Assembly: GCF_006345805.1 (NCBI RefSeq)
Contig: NC_042998.1
Location: 193,750,001-193,814,000, forward strand
Source: Octopus sinensis
Lineage: Eukaryota
Reading direction: 5' to 3'
DNA length: 64,000 bases
In this document: in pieces, positions 49,466 to 63,260 of the stretch
Position numbering within the stretch: the first letter of the stretch is position 1
How the letters are laid out: each line of letters opens with the position of its first letter
Program-made: the position numbers and the translations under genes
Notes under the pieces: generated by a model
What the model was told of the DNA's origin: nothing
Seen by the model: only the letters and a program-made list of their open reading frames with translations
The model's database searches: none

Positions 49466-51933
49466 CTAACATTAATATAGTCATTTTTCTTTATTTCGCA
49501 TAGCAAAATATCCCAGTATTTATAGTTCTGAAGTATCTACTGAAGTATACGCACGGGACTCCTTCAAGTCGTGTCATTTACTGAGAAACATATTGCATTC
49601 TTTCAATATTTTGATAATGAAATTATGTACATAATATTAAACGTCGCTTCTTGAACGATTTGCCGCATTTCATTTCATTCTTTTTTATTTTGTTTTTCGC
49701 CATATTTCATGTTGTCATGGCAATCCAGGCGATAATCACTAATGTTTGGTATTGTTGGAAACGTTATTGTAATAGATTCAACTACTACTACTACTGTTGT
49801 TGTTGTTATTTCTCTTATCTCAATTATAGCCTGATTCTGATACAAGAAACGGTTCCTATGTGTTACACTTCGATTCCATTCCTGTATTCTAGCTTATCTG
49901 TTTATATCCAGTAAATATTGTATTTGTCACATTTATTATCAGTTTCAATGTAATATGAACGTATCTCTTAACAATATCTTTATCGATTCTCCGGACAGAA
50001 ACATTTCGCTGTGTTCAATACAGTATCACTATATCAACGAATTAACCATGAAAGTGTTGTTGGCAAGTAGAAACTGTATTTTTCTCATCTTTTCTCATTT
50101 TCACACTACCTACACTATTGTACTAAAAAGAATATTAAAACAAGATCATGGATAATCTTACGTTTCCATAGATGAAATTACCTATTTTATTTTTCACCTG
50201 AATTTCTACAATTTGAAAAATCGAGAATTTCACCAGAGTATGTGAGAATAGGTTTTATATTTTCGAAATGAAAATATCTCTCTCTTTCCTGACAGTATCA
50301 TCGCGATGGAAAAGATAAGTTCCATTCAGCTACCGGAATCCCCTATGAGTGCTACTCATCCTCTCAGGTAAGAAGAAGGTGAACGTGAGTAACACTCTCA
50401 GTATCTGATCAATTTTTCTCTTGCACTATGGATGAATAAACTCTAAGTGGGCATTTGTTCGCAAAGTGGCAATGCTAAGAAAAGCTGTTAAAAAGAAAAA
50501 AATATCTAGATGATAAAACGAAAGATTATAATGCTTTTCACTGAAAATAAAGCGCTTTACAAATGTTCTTTACCAGAATTGTGCTATCTCCATCAAGCAA
50601 GTTCTTTACTAACTGAAGCCAAATTTTAAAAATAACTCGATTTTACTACTCGCTTAAATAAGATTAGCTGTTACCATATAAATCACAGAAAATATTGTTG
50701 ACTAGAAGCTAAAAGCCTGCAGAATTCTATATCATTTCCGATATTAACTACTCGTGTGTGTAAGTGTGCGTATGTGCGTGTGTTTTGTTCTGTCCTCTGT
50801 GTGCGTGTGTGTGTGTGTGCACAAGTGTAATGTTTCATCAACTTGGAAATGTTTTACTAGCTTTTCCACATAACACAATTTTCCTGTGTAATTATCGCTT
50901 TATTTACATTCAGGAATCTCATCATAAACCCAAATTATGGTGACTTCGTTCTCACCGACTAACGTTTTATTTCGAGTACATTTTTTTCTTTTTGAACATT
51001 GCTTCTTGAAGAAATTAAACACACTGAATATGCAGAAGAGAGGCCTCTTAAACTTGTAAGTCCTGCTGTTGGAGTGAAAGCAAAATTTCCTCGGGGATTT
51101 TGTCGGTTAATTCTCAAAAAGCTACTGAAGAGATATTGACTCAAAAGAGAAAACTAAGCTGGCTATCCGAAATAGTTGTAACACTTTTATAGGAGTGCTA
51201 CACATGCTTTAAAAATATTATAATCACTAACCATAATTCTTCACACTGAACATCTTTTACCATATATATGTCTGTGTGTGTGTCCTTTATACAAATCCTT
51301 AATTTTTTAGTTAGAGGGCTCGCACTTTCTATGGTCATTTAAAACTGTCCAAGGGTGGTCGTGCACATCTTTACATTTCCCCAGTCACCCCGAAAAGCCA
51401 CTAAAAAATCAATAGAAGTGGATTTTTGTGAATTTTCTATCCAAAACCCAATCCAAATGCCGGAAACTTGATACGCCAATTGAATGCCAGCTAGCTGTAT
51501 GTGATTGGTCGGAGATTTGGACAGTACTCGCGTGTATGTGCGCACGCACGCAGCTATATATGCATGCACTAGCACTAGTATATATGTATATATATAATGT
51601 ATGTATATATATTTATATTTATATATGTGTCTATTATACCCATACGCATATACACGCACGCGGGTGCAAGCACACTTACGTATATAAACCTACGCAGTAG
51701 ACATATAAGATGGCAAATTTAGTTATTCCTCCGGGGACTGAAAAAGCCATGAACAGCTTTAACTGATTTTCTACTCGTATTAGGTTCTCATCAGAGTTGA
51801 CTGCATTAATAGAACAATCCTAATATATATATAATTGAAATTTATCTGAGGTGACCAAAATGATCGAAATAGATTTACATACATGCAACCTAATGTATTA
51901 ATACACACACGTACACACACACATACACACGCA

Positions 51934-51974
<41 letters not shown>

Positions 51975-52158
51975 ATACTAAGCAATTAAGGGTTTAGCAA
52001 CGAATTGCCTTACCACACACCGAATTTAGAAATAGCAGTCAAAGAGATTATAGCTATTTCTTCTACTAAAAGGGAGATCACAGTAAAGACACAGCATTTG
52101 AAAGGCAAGCACAAACAGGTAAAAGAGAATGAATTAACGATGTATATATATATGTGTG

Positions 52159-52225
<67 letters not shown>

Positions 52226-52322
52226 TTTGCCTGAGCCGAGATATGTGCACGGAATTTAAAGGTTAAAAACGCAAGAATTTTCTTGACAACATAATATAAT
52301 ATATATATATAATATATATATA

Positions 52323-52392
<70 letters not shown>

Positions 52393-52396
<4 letters not shown>

Positions 52397-53676
52397 GGTG
52401 TCAAGAAATTCTTGCGGTTTTTAACCTTTAAATTCTGGTGCAAATATCTCGGCTCAAAGAAAACTTTATTAATCGAAATAAACACCATCAGAATCAACAC
52501 ACGTTTGTCAACGGGAAACAAGTTTATTATTGCCAGTAGCGTAAAAGTTCTGCGTTCTGATGACGATGAAGGCGCGTTTGGCATCGTCTTGGTTTTTGAA
52601 GTATTTATCACGCAGGAAGCTGTCGAGATGCTTGAAAAAGTGGTAGTCGGTAGGCAAGAGGTCTGGTGAGTGTGGCGGATGAGACAGAGTTTCATAGCCC
52701 AATTCGTTCAACTTCTGCAGAGTCAGTTGTGCGACGTGCGGCCGAGCGTTGTCGTGGAGAAGAATTGGTCCTTTTCTATTGACCAATGCTGGCTGTTGTT
52801 GTCGGAGTTTCTTATGCATTTCATCCATTTGCTGGCAGTACTTCTCCGCCGTAATGGTTTTGCTTTGATCCAAAAGGCTGTGATGGATGAGGCCGACCGC
52901 AGCCCCCCCCCCCCCAAGCAGTCACCATGAGCTTCTTTTGGTGCAACTTTGGCTTCAGGAAGTGCCGTGGAGCTTCGTCGGCGTCCAACCACTGAGCTGA
53001 GCGTCGCCGGTTGTCATAAAGAATCCACTTTTCATCGCAACTCACAATCCGGTCGAGAAACGGGTCGTTCTTGTTGCGTAAAAGAAGGGAACACGACACT
53101 TCAAAACGGCGTTTTTTTTAATTTTTGGTTATCGTTCAATTGGTGCGGCACGCAATTCTCAAGCACTTTTGTTTTTTCCATCTCTTTCAAGGGGTTGGAA
53201 ATTGTCGTATACGTTGCGTCTAATTCAGAAGCAAGCTCTCGAACAGTTGTGCGTGGATTGGCTTCCACTAAGGCTCATAGTCGATCGTTGTCAACATCCG
53301 ATGACCGACCACTACGCTTATCATCTTCAAGATTCTCGTCACCGCTACTAAATTTCTTGAACCATCATTGTGCTGTACGTTCATTAGTGGTTCCTGGGCC
53401 AAACGCATCGTTGATATCGCAAGCTGTTTCAACAGCTTTTCGGCCTAGCTTGAACTAGAATAAGAAAATTGTGCGAATTTGCTTTTTGTCCATGTTGTAT
53501 TCAACGTTACGGAAAAGATGGTCTAATTATTCAAAAAGAAAAAGAGTAACACGATTAGATAGAGCAAAAGACGGGCTTTAAAATGATATATAAAGTCAAA
53601 GTAATTTAACGAAAATTAATTTGAAAATGCATCATTTAAAACCAAAATAAAAAATTCCGCAAGAGACAATCTAATA
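52393..53676 (-). mobile_element. Mariner (D,D34D) DNA transposon, decayed
   Basis: Transposase 53493-52469 with stops and frameshifts: [69 protein letters not shown] at left, degenerate CCGCAAGAGACAATCTAA at right; TA flanks. Confidence 0.92.
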
Positions 53677-53767
53677 AATATATATATACATATATATATA
53701 TATATAATAGAAATATTAAAATAACTAAGTCTCTCTAAAAGAGAACAGCGGCAGCGTTCCCGGAAAA

Positions 53768-54246
53768 TAATAGTTATCGCCATACTAATATGGCATTCTT
53801 ATAAAAATAAGAAAAAAGCTGTCCGCTTATTAGCTCCATGAGGCCATCGCCTTAAGTTAGCTATTTGATACACAAACTGTATCCATATAACCTTCGAACA
53901 AGGAGGTCAGTCGCTCCACACTACTTGACCGGCCTACAGACGCGTTTCGGGGTATTGCCCCTTTTCAATGCAGCGTAGCCAGCCAGTAGGTGTCGCTTCC
54001 GAACAGAGATTGTCGGAAGCGACACCTACTGGCTGGCTACGTTGCATTGAAAAGGGGCAATACCCCGAACGCGTCTGTAGCTGCCGGTCAAGTAGTGTGG
54101 AGCGACTGACCTCCCTTTTCGAAGGTTATATGGATACAGTTTGTGTATCAAATAGCTAACTTAAGGCGATGGCCTCATGGAGCTAATAAGCGGACAGCTT
54201 TTTTCTTATTTTTATAAGAATGCCATATTAGTATGGCGATAACTAT

Positions 54247-54248
<2 letters not shown>
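53768..54248. repeat. Near-perfect inverted repeat, arms of about 235 bp, 10-nt loop
   Basis: 53768-54002 is the reverse complement of 54013-54248 apart from a few mismatches and indels. Confidence 0.95.
53934..53973 (-). ncRNA. Minimal hammerhead motif, U3-A8 core variant
   Basis: Minus strand CTGCA TTGAAAA GGGG-CAATA-CCCC GAAAC GC GTC TGTAG. A plus-strand mirror copy at 54042-54080 lacks one A of GAAA. Confidence 0.65.
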
Positions 54249-54286
<38 letters not shown>

Positions 54287-54905
54287 TATATATATATAAT
54301 ATATGTATATATATGTATGTAGTATGTATGTATGTATGTATGTATTGTATGTATGTATGTATTGTATGTATATATATATATATTGCCGTATGTGTATATT
54401 TATATGTGGATGTTAGTTTTTATGGCAAGTAATACAAAGAATCAGTTTAATATTAAAAACTGAAACTTCTCGATACTTTTTAGCAGAGTACAGGAAGCGG
54501 CTGACAGTGATTTCGAAGTTTGTACTCGATTACCTTCAACAGATCGTGATTTCCTATGATTTTGTTTTTCCTTTTGTGAACTCTTAAATACCACAAAACC
54601 AACTTTATATACGAAGGATATCAGTACTAATTACAGCAAAATCAGTTTATGTTGGATTTTCAAATGAATTAGTTGTCTTTATTAGAATTTATATTAACCT
54701 AGTCATTCGGACCGTTATTGACTTAATAATTTAGGTCCCTTTCTGCTGTGTGTCATCAACTCAACAAACAACAGCTGATTTCCTTAACTGAACCATGTAC
54801 CTATTATAGAACTTTTGTAGGAGAATACAAAGTTGATTTTTCATTGATTTCCTTTAGCTGCAGTTTACAAGATATCATCTTATCAGTTGAAGTCAATTCT
54901 CAATA

Positions 54906-55320
54906 GGCGCAGGAGTGGCTGTGTGGTAAGTAGCTTGTTTACCAACCATATGGTTCCGGGTTCAGTCCTACTGTGTGGCACCTTGGGCAAGTGTCTTCTA
55001 CTATAGCCTCGGGCCGACCAAAGCCTTGTGAGTGGATTTGGTAGACGGAAACTGAAAGAAGCCTGTCGTATATATGTATATACATATATGTGTGTGTTTG
55101 TGTGTCTTTGTTTGTCCCCCTAGCATTGCTTGAAAACCGATGCTGGTTTGTTTATGTCCCCGTTACTTAGCGGTTCGGCAAAAGAGATCGATAGAATAAG
55201 TACTGGGCTTACAAAGAATAAGTCCCGGGGTCGAGTTGCTCGATTAAAGGCGGTGCTCCAGCATGGCCGCAGTCAAATGACTGAAACAAGTAAAAGAGAG
55301 TAAAAGAGAGTAAAGAGAGA
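54906..55320 (+). mobile_element. CORE-type tRNA SINE with internal (TA)/(TG) microsatellite
   Basis: GGCGCAGGAGTGGCTGTGTGGTAAG...GGTTCAGTCC head; CORE-like GGCACCTTGGGCAAGTGTCTT; (GTAAAAGAGA)n-like tail. Confidence 0.85.
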
Positions 55321-55559
55321 GAGGAAAGGGTGGGGAGAGAAAGACGAAGAAATCAGGGGCCAGTAACTGAAAGGGTGAAAGGTAAAGCTGGAACTAGTAC
55401 CACCTGGTATTCTATTCGGTGCTCTAACTACTCTACAAATTCGCCACTTTTATCAAAATTAAAGAAATACTAACCATTTTATGAATGAATTTAATGGGTG
55501 TTTATTAGCTTTGAGAATTAATTCTGGAACTAAATGTTTTACGTATTCAATGTCGTTCT

Positions 55560-55820
55560 CATTCAACTCCCTGATTACTAATGTCCAAATGCATTTACCT
55601 CATGGAACCGTTTCAGCAATGACCAGATTTTCTAATGTCTTCTAACACTAATCGGCATGTGAAACCTTCATTACACCACGACACATGCTTGCTTTTTTAT
55701 TGTCTAATCTTCACAAATTCATTTCAAAGTCCACATCCTGATGCCATGCAGCGTCATATTTTGTACACAAGCATCGTACAATCTACTTTTCACTCTGACG
55801 GAAGAGCCGTTTGGCTGCCA
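55560..55820 (-). pseudogene. Decayed RTE 3' fragment
   Basis: SVRVKSRLYDACVQNMTLHGIRMWTL resembles the RTE motif SLRVKGRLYDACVRSAMLHGSETW. Confidence 0.5.
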
Positions 55821-55834
55821 ACAGAAATAATAGA

Positions 55835-55881
<47 letters not shown>

Positions 55882-55889
55882 TGTGTGTG

Positions 55890-55921
<32 letters not shown>

Positions 55922-56324
55922 TGTATGTATGTATGTATTGTATGTATATGTATGGCCGTATGTATATATTTATATGTGGATGTTAGTTTTTATGGCAAGT
56001 AATACATAGAATCAGCTTAATATTAAAAACTGAAACTTCTCGATACTTTTTAGCAGAGTACAGGAAGCGGCTGACAGTGATTTCGAAGTTTGCACTCGAT
56101 TACCTTCAACAGATCGTGATTTCCTATGTTTTTTTTTTACCTTTTGTGAACTCTTAAATACCACAAAACCAACATTATATACGAAGATTACTATACTTCC
56201 AGAACATCTACACCGACTACTTAGTAGGTTAACCAGGCAACAGAAGCTAACGGGTACTCTTACAGGGTATCCGAGCCCTTGAGGAAATCTATTTTTTGTA
56301 TGCTCCATGTGCATATTGTCCTTG

Positions 56325-56860
56325 TGCAGCTGCATATGAAGTCAGCCCTCTCTGTAATCTCGCTTTACGGCAGCGAGTCATGGCCGAAAGATATCAAGCG
56401 ACTAGAATCCTTCGATCACCTCTGTCTACGCCGCATCCTTCGTGTCCGATGGCATCACTTTGTCTCCAACAATTCGGTGTGACACCAGTGCAAAATCACC
56501 TCCCTCCGACATGTGTCATCCTAACGAGATGTCTGCATTGGCTGGGTCATGCCCTCCGTCGTCAACCAGGGGAATTCATCTACGAAGCAATTGCCCCAGC
56601 ACCCCTTCAGGGTTGGCGAAAGCAATGTGGTGGACAACGAAAAACCTGGCTGATGACAGTCAAGGCTGATCTGGAACCCGACCTAGGCTCCCATATCTAC
56701 GGCGTTCGCCGCTGGAATAGGGAGTGGTTGGAGATCACGCGGTCGTTAGCCTCAAATCGCCAGGCCTGGTCGGTGTTTGTGAGAGATGTAGCATTGAGGA
56801 TGGATGAAGCCAGCTCAACCCACCCCGGGTGAATGCTGCTCAAGTCAAGTAAGTCAAGTT
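56325..56860 (+). mobile_element. RTE-clade LINE 3' fragment with (CAAGT)n tail
   Basis: LYGSESW...RLESFDHLCLRRILRVRW; WLGHALRR; GGQRKTW; NRQAW; tail CAAGTCAAGTAAGTCAAGT. Confidence 0.85.
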
Positions 56861-57254
56861 ATCCCGCTTGTGATCCCAAAATACGTTTTGTCTGGCCCTT
56901 GTTCACACTGGGCATACGGAAACGTGTTTCTACTTACCTCTTATTTTCGTACCCAACTCATCCATATTCTTGATAGTGGTAGAGTCCTGTCTTCTTTTTC
57001 ACTTAGGATAATTTTAGTATTGACCAAGTTTGCTATAATGCATTTCAATTCCAGATTTTGCTTCAATGTCTGGAATTTCTTCAACTCTTCTAGATTCTGA
57101 CTTAAGAATTAGATTATTCATATCCATGACTTCCTATGGCGAATCGGTCTTAAACTACATAATACATACATACACATATACATACATACGTACATAGACA
57201 GACAGACAGATAGATAGGTAGATATATACATACATACATACATACATACATACA

Positions 57255-57288
<34 letters not shown>

Positions 57289-57530
57289 GACAGACAGACA
57301 GACAGATAGATAGGTCGGTAGATACATACATACATACATTCATACATACATATATAATACATACATACATACATACATACATACATACATACATACATAG
57401 ACAGACAGACAGAGAGACAGATATATCGGTACATACATACATACATACATACATACATACATACATACATACATACATACATACATACGTACGTACATAC
57501 ATACATGCATACATGCATAGACAGACAGGC

Positions 57531-57578
<48 letters not shown>

Positions 57579-58450
57579 CACATCACGCATCTAAGCTACC
57601 CATATTTTGCAGCAGGATTCTGCTAGCTAGTGCAATATAACTCTGTTATTAAACACACACACACTAATGAGTGCAGTATACCGGTGTGTTGATATGTGTG
57701 TATGTGCTTCCGTGCGCATGTGTGTGTGTGATGGGCGGGGTACTTGCGTGCGTGCGTTAAACAACGATCGTTGGAGTTTTAACTAGTTATGTTTGGCTAA
57801 GAAAACTGCATAGACTAATTAGAACAGACGTGTAGCTGAATTACACGGAAGAACTTGCACGGATAACTGAAGTCTATAAACATTAATATCATAATCTGTT
57901 TGTTAACAACCTTAACAAACAAAATTAGATTTGGTCTCCAAGACATCGGCAATATGCCATTTTCTTCACATATCCGTTTGTAATTCTATTAATTAAGCAT
58001 CAGTTGTTGTTTTGTGCTTGCTTTTTGATTTTTTTAATATATATTTTGGTGTTTAGAAGCCGTTTTTTTTTTTTTTTTTTAGAAAATGAAGATATCACCA
58101 GAACCACTCGGTTTATTATGGTTAGTATCGAAAATAATGGTCTTCTCCTACGAAGAGTCCATCTCCCAAAATGTTGATATCTACTACGCATCATATTCCA
58201 CAACAAGATGCTTCTTCAATATTCCAGTTATAGCCATCATAACATTTTTATTTATAAAGTTTAATCTAAGATTACTTTATCTGGATTGTCACTTTATTAT
58301 CAAGATAACGAATGTATTTTCATGGAGATTTCACAGCTATTTCTAGAAAATTAAGCGATCAGACCTTTGTTCAAAGGTGTTCCAATTGGTACCATTCGAG
58401 TTCCTGTTTTTTTTTCTAGGTATATGTGTATCGAGGAATATATGTATATA

Positions 58451-58680
58451 TTTCTTTATTGCCCACAAGGGGCTAAACATAGAGGGGACAAACAAGGACA
58501 GACAAACGGATTAAGTCGATTACATCGACCCCAGTGCGTAACTGGTACTTAATTTATCGACCCCGAAAGGATGAAAGGCAAAGTCGACCTCAGCGGAATT
58601 TGAACTCAGAACGTAACGGCAGACGAAATACGGCTACGCATTTCGCCCGGCGTGTTAACGTTTCTGCCAGCTCGCCGCCT
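58451..58680 (-). mobile_element. SINE-A monomer
   Basis: Complete copy with GGGCAATAAAGAAAT tail. Confidence 0.92.
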
Positions 58681-59500
58681 TCCCCGAGGAATATATATAT
58701 ATATATATATATTGAGTGTATCCTTCAGTTTTTAAACGGTATGGTGTGGTTCAGGGAAGAATTGGTCACTATTCTAGCGAAGTCGAACGACTGCATAGAG
58801 ACCTCTCTCTTCAGCGTTATATTGCTAGGCAGGCAATTCAATTCTCAACTCAAAGAAAGCACGTATGCATTGAAGTGTGTTCTAATGTGCACCGACCGAC
58901 GTGGAGTGAACGCCAATACACGCATCACGTGCATTCTTCTGCTGAACACTTAACAGCATATACGAATGAATGTCACGTTTGTATATTCCTTACTTCTTGT
59001 CATTGCAACTAATTATCTTCAGTAACATCTCTATGATGCAACAGCAACGAAAGCAGCCATCATGCACTTCATGCATTTTCTTAATTCGCTACTGAACTTC
59101 GGGTAATAGCATACCTTAACACTTCATGAACAATTATCTGAAATGCAGTTATAATACACAACAATATGCCCAAATGTTGATTATACGTTCCTCTCACTTC
59201 TGTACATTACAGCCATTTGTATTACGTTATGAGTCATTTCTAAGATATAACCAATCGATAACATATCTCAACATATTTCTTTATTCCTTTTATTTCATAA
59301 TATAATACAGTTCTTTTTTTATCTTCACTTCCTTCTCTTTTAATTCTTCGTTATGCCTTGTGTTTTCTTTTTAAATTTCTCGCATCTCTTCGCTAAAATA
59401 CTTGTTTCCCATATTATTATGCATATATCAAACATTAAGTTCTCTGTGATCAACCATACAAAAGAATCATAAACAGTTCTATGTTACATAATTTACTCAC

Positions 59501-59586
59501 CGTCTTCAGTTGCTTCTCGTGTCCGACAATCTCCATTTCTTCCTGACTGGGTGGTTCTCCCATAGTGAAGGCGTTGAAAACCACTC
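59501..59586 (-). other. Candidate exon of an unidentified minus-strand transcript
   Basis: GC-richer unique sequence. Pyrimidine-rich acceptor TTCCTTGTCTTTTAATCTTTACAAG|, donor ACG|GTGAGTAA, Kozak-like ACTATGG, open frame MGEPPSQEEMEIVGHEKQLKT. No recognisable homology. Confidence 0.35.
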
Positions 59587-59863
59587 CTTGTAAAGATTAA
59601 AAGACAAGGAAAAGTCGGCGATGCGAACGGTTTTTTGTTGTTTGCGTCGTTCGGTTTTTCTTCAACTGTTGTTTCTGCATTGACTTCAAAAGGGTCGCTT
59701 CCGTGATGCCAGGTGGAGCGGCCTTTGCTTGCTTCGGTTTCCCCAAACAGGTATATGACAGGTAAACACACGCATCGCTATGTGAAACTGAGTCATCAGG
59801 GACGGACTGACGACGCAAAAATAATGGACAGGCAACTAACTTGTACACCTAACAGCTGCTCTC

Positions 59864-59905
<42 letters not shown>

Positions 59906-59957
59906 GAACACACACACACACACACATACACTCACACACACAGAAATACACAGAAAC

Positions 59958-59989
<32 letters not shown>

Positions 59990-60079
59990 GAACACACACA
60001 GACATACACAGAGAAACACACAAACACACACACACAAACACACAAACACACACAAACGAACACACACACATACACAGAG

Positions 60080-60119
<40 letters not shown>

Positions 60120-60296
60120 ACACACACATACACACATACACATACACACATACACACACAGAAACACACACACAGAAACACACACAAACACACACACAAA
60201 CACACACACACAACACACATACACAGAAACACACAAACACACAAACACACACACACATACACACACACACACACATACACACACACACACACACAC

Positions 60297-60330
<34 letters not shown>

Positions 60331-62670
60331 ATTCGAAAAGAAGACAAAAGTAAAATTACTCGCTTTGAAAGCGATTCCCACTTCCAAAATTATCTCCCTT
60401 ATTCAGTCAATGATTCACTTTCTTTATTGTATTTATCATACAAACACGGAATACAAACACGTGCAGTCGAATAGATTGGTTCCAAGATTCTAGCAATGCC
60501 TCCTCCATTATCTTCAAACTATGCACCTTAAAACTAGCCTCTAGCCTCACAAAACTTTTCAATTGCGCTCTCTTTCTCTCTTTCAATCACTCTATCAGGA
60601 TATATCCCGATATCTTTAAATACGAAACAGTGTATCACATTCCCAAGAAGAGCAATCTCTTTAACCCTACTGCCAATCATCTCATCGCTCTCGGTTCCAA
60701 CGTATTAATGGTGAGAGACATTAGTAACAACCTTCTCCAATAGTTTTAGTCTCTCTTCATTCTTTCAATTAACTAAAACTCTTCAAGCCAGTATCCCTTC
60801 ATGGCTGCAGTCCAGTGACTGACATGAGTCAAATAAATATCAAAGATTTGTGTATGTACTATGTATGTATGTGTTATGTCAGTGTGTCTGTGTGTCTGTG
60901 TGCGTCAGTTTGCGTCTGTGTGAGTGAATGTGTGTGTATGCGTATGTGTGTGTGTTAATATGAGCGTGTATTTGTATGAATTGTAATTGAAAGGATCGTG
61001 CGAAAAGGGACAGAAGAAAGGGACCTAAATATATATGTCCATTATATTGAAACTGCGCTCATCTATAATTTAAATGGTATGGAGTGGTTCAGGGAAGATT
61101 TGACCACTATTCTACGCAAGAGCCAAATTTCTCTCAAATCTAATGTCTTTAAAAAGTGACGCAGAGAAGAATACAACGACTAATAAAACCCTTGATACAC
61201 CAAAAAGGACGAATGGCTTATGACTGTACACCTTAAATCATGAGTAGGCCCTATTAGGACTGATATGGATTAAAAGCACAACAATAGCTTAAGAATGGAG
61301 CTTATGGTTGTCCGGTAAAGAATCGCAGTTATCCCATCCCCTCGTATCACATCCCCACCCTGCACCTTAAGAAACGGGGAAGAACACATTGGATAATACA
61401 TCGAGAAAAATTGGACAGTTAGCCTTTAATGCCTTCGATCATAGGTTTTTTTCTATCTTGGGTCTAAACAAAACGATGTACTACGTTCAGTTTCAATCCT
61501 TCTGTGTCTTCGGGATCAATATGTTACTTCACTATGTGATGTCTGTCAATTCTTCGATTCCCATTAACTAATCTTATCGATTAGCTATCATTATAATTGT
61601 CAAATAAAATGATACGTTTCATTTGTTTGTTTGTTTGTTTTTTCATCCTTCTCATCAGTAAGCAGTCAATCTTTATATTTTATTACATTTAAAACTGAAT
61701 TCTTAATCCATGTGGCTGTCACTCTTTCCCATTAAAACTTTCATCCGTTTTATAAAATATTCTTTCGTTAAAGTTACTTTGGAAGCGAAGAGCAGCACCC
61801 ATGACTTTTTTTCACACAGGAGGTGAGTGAGAAAGGGTGGCGGTTATACTCTAACCAGACCAGAGACCTCGGTCAAATGCTTGCGACAGAGTGGTCTCCG
61901 CTAAAGGCACCCAAGAGCCGGATACTTATTTCAAACGGAGGTGGAGACAACTAAAGTCTACTTTATAATGAAAAAGAAACAGAGATAATCCTTCAGACGA
62001 TTTCCACAAAGTTTTATATCGAGCAAATCTCTCTCACAAAGGTTTGCTAAACTCGTAAAGGCTGAAGACCTTTTTTCAAAAGTACGCAGAGATTGAACCT
62101 AACGTCACGTAATATAAATTAAACATTCTGATTGATACTTACTTAAAAGTGCATTGTTGCTATACCCATCTTATCAATAACCAACCAGTAATGCACTTTT
62201 ATTACATTTAAAACTGAATTCTTAACTTAATCCATATGCCTATCATACGTCTCATTAATTTTTTCCCCCTTTTACACCATTTTCATTACAACTTTTAAAA
62301 CGTCCTTTTTTAGCTTCTAATTTTATATTTGTTTGGGGTTGTTAGGATTTTCTGAAAATATTCTTTTGGTATTTCTTTGATTTATTTTGAAAAAAGCACT
62401 TTATTTCAATCTCAACTACACACATTTGACGTTTATGGAATGTTTTATAACTGCCAAGATTCAATCGCAAAGAAAAATATGCACGTAAGCTAAAATGCAG
62501 AAAACAAAATAATAAAAAACGCGATTAAATTCTAATCACTTGTTAGCAAATTAAATAGTGTGTTCACATATAATATACACTTAGGCATGTGAATTGTATA
62601 AAGCTACTTCTTGAAAACGTGTAACTGGATACCATCAGTTACATAATGTAGTTAAATACTAGTAATACTA

Positions 62671-62713
<43 letters not shown>

Positions 62714-62722
62714 ATGTATGTA

Positions 62723-62883
62723 GGTGCAGGAATGGCTATATGGTATGAAGCTTGCTTCTCAACCACATGGTTCCGGGTTCAGTCTCACTACGTGGCACCA
62801 TGGGCAAGTGTTTTCTATTAAAGCCTCATGCCGACTGAAGCCTTGTGAATGGATTTGGAGGACAGAAACTGAAAAGAAGCCTG

Positions 62884-62937
<54 letters not shown>

Positions 62938-62979
62938 ATGTGTGCATGTGTGCGTGTGTGTGTGTGTGTGTGTGCGTGC

Positions 62980-63029
<50 letters not shown>

Positions 63030-63201
63030 CCCTACCTCGATCGCTTGACAACCGGTGCTGATTTGTTTACGTTCCCGTAACTAAACAGTTTCGGCAAAAA
63101 AGACCGACAGAATAAGTACCAGGCTTTAAACGTGAGTAAAACCCTGCAATGCGGTGCCCCACCATGTCCGCAATCTAATGACTGAAACAAGTAAAAGATA
63201 A
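62723..63201 (+). mobile_element. CORE-type SINE (same family) with expanded internal (TG)n
   Basis: Head, GAAAGAAGCCTGTCG-(TG)n, tail ending GAAACAAGTAAAAGATAAA. Confidence 0.82.
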
Positions 63202-63223
63202 AATGTGTGTGTGTGTTTGTGTG

Positions 63224-63260
<37 letters not shown>

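Larger units (their letters stand above)
54385..56187. repeat. Direct duplication of about 233 bp (54385-54617 and 55955-56187)
   Basis: Near-identical sequence following similar (TATG)n tracts, offset 1570 bp. Confidence 0.9.

Noticed and set aside
58086-58206. RRRPLFSILTII resembling nicotinic/chemotactile receptor pre-M1 (RRxPLFY)
   Set aside because: Stops flank it, there is no Cys-loop context, and the neighbourhood looks more like decayed LINE sequence.
60540-60760. Possible CR1-like RT remnant (YHIPKKSNLFNPTANH)
   Set aside because: Too degraded to call reliably.
68-63080. Many YI-, CV- and HT-repeat ORFs in the track
   Set aside because: Translations of (TA)n, (TG)n and (CA)n microsatellites.
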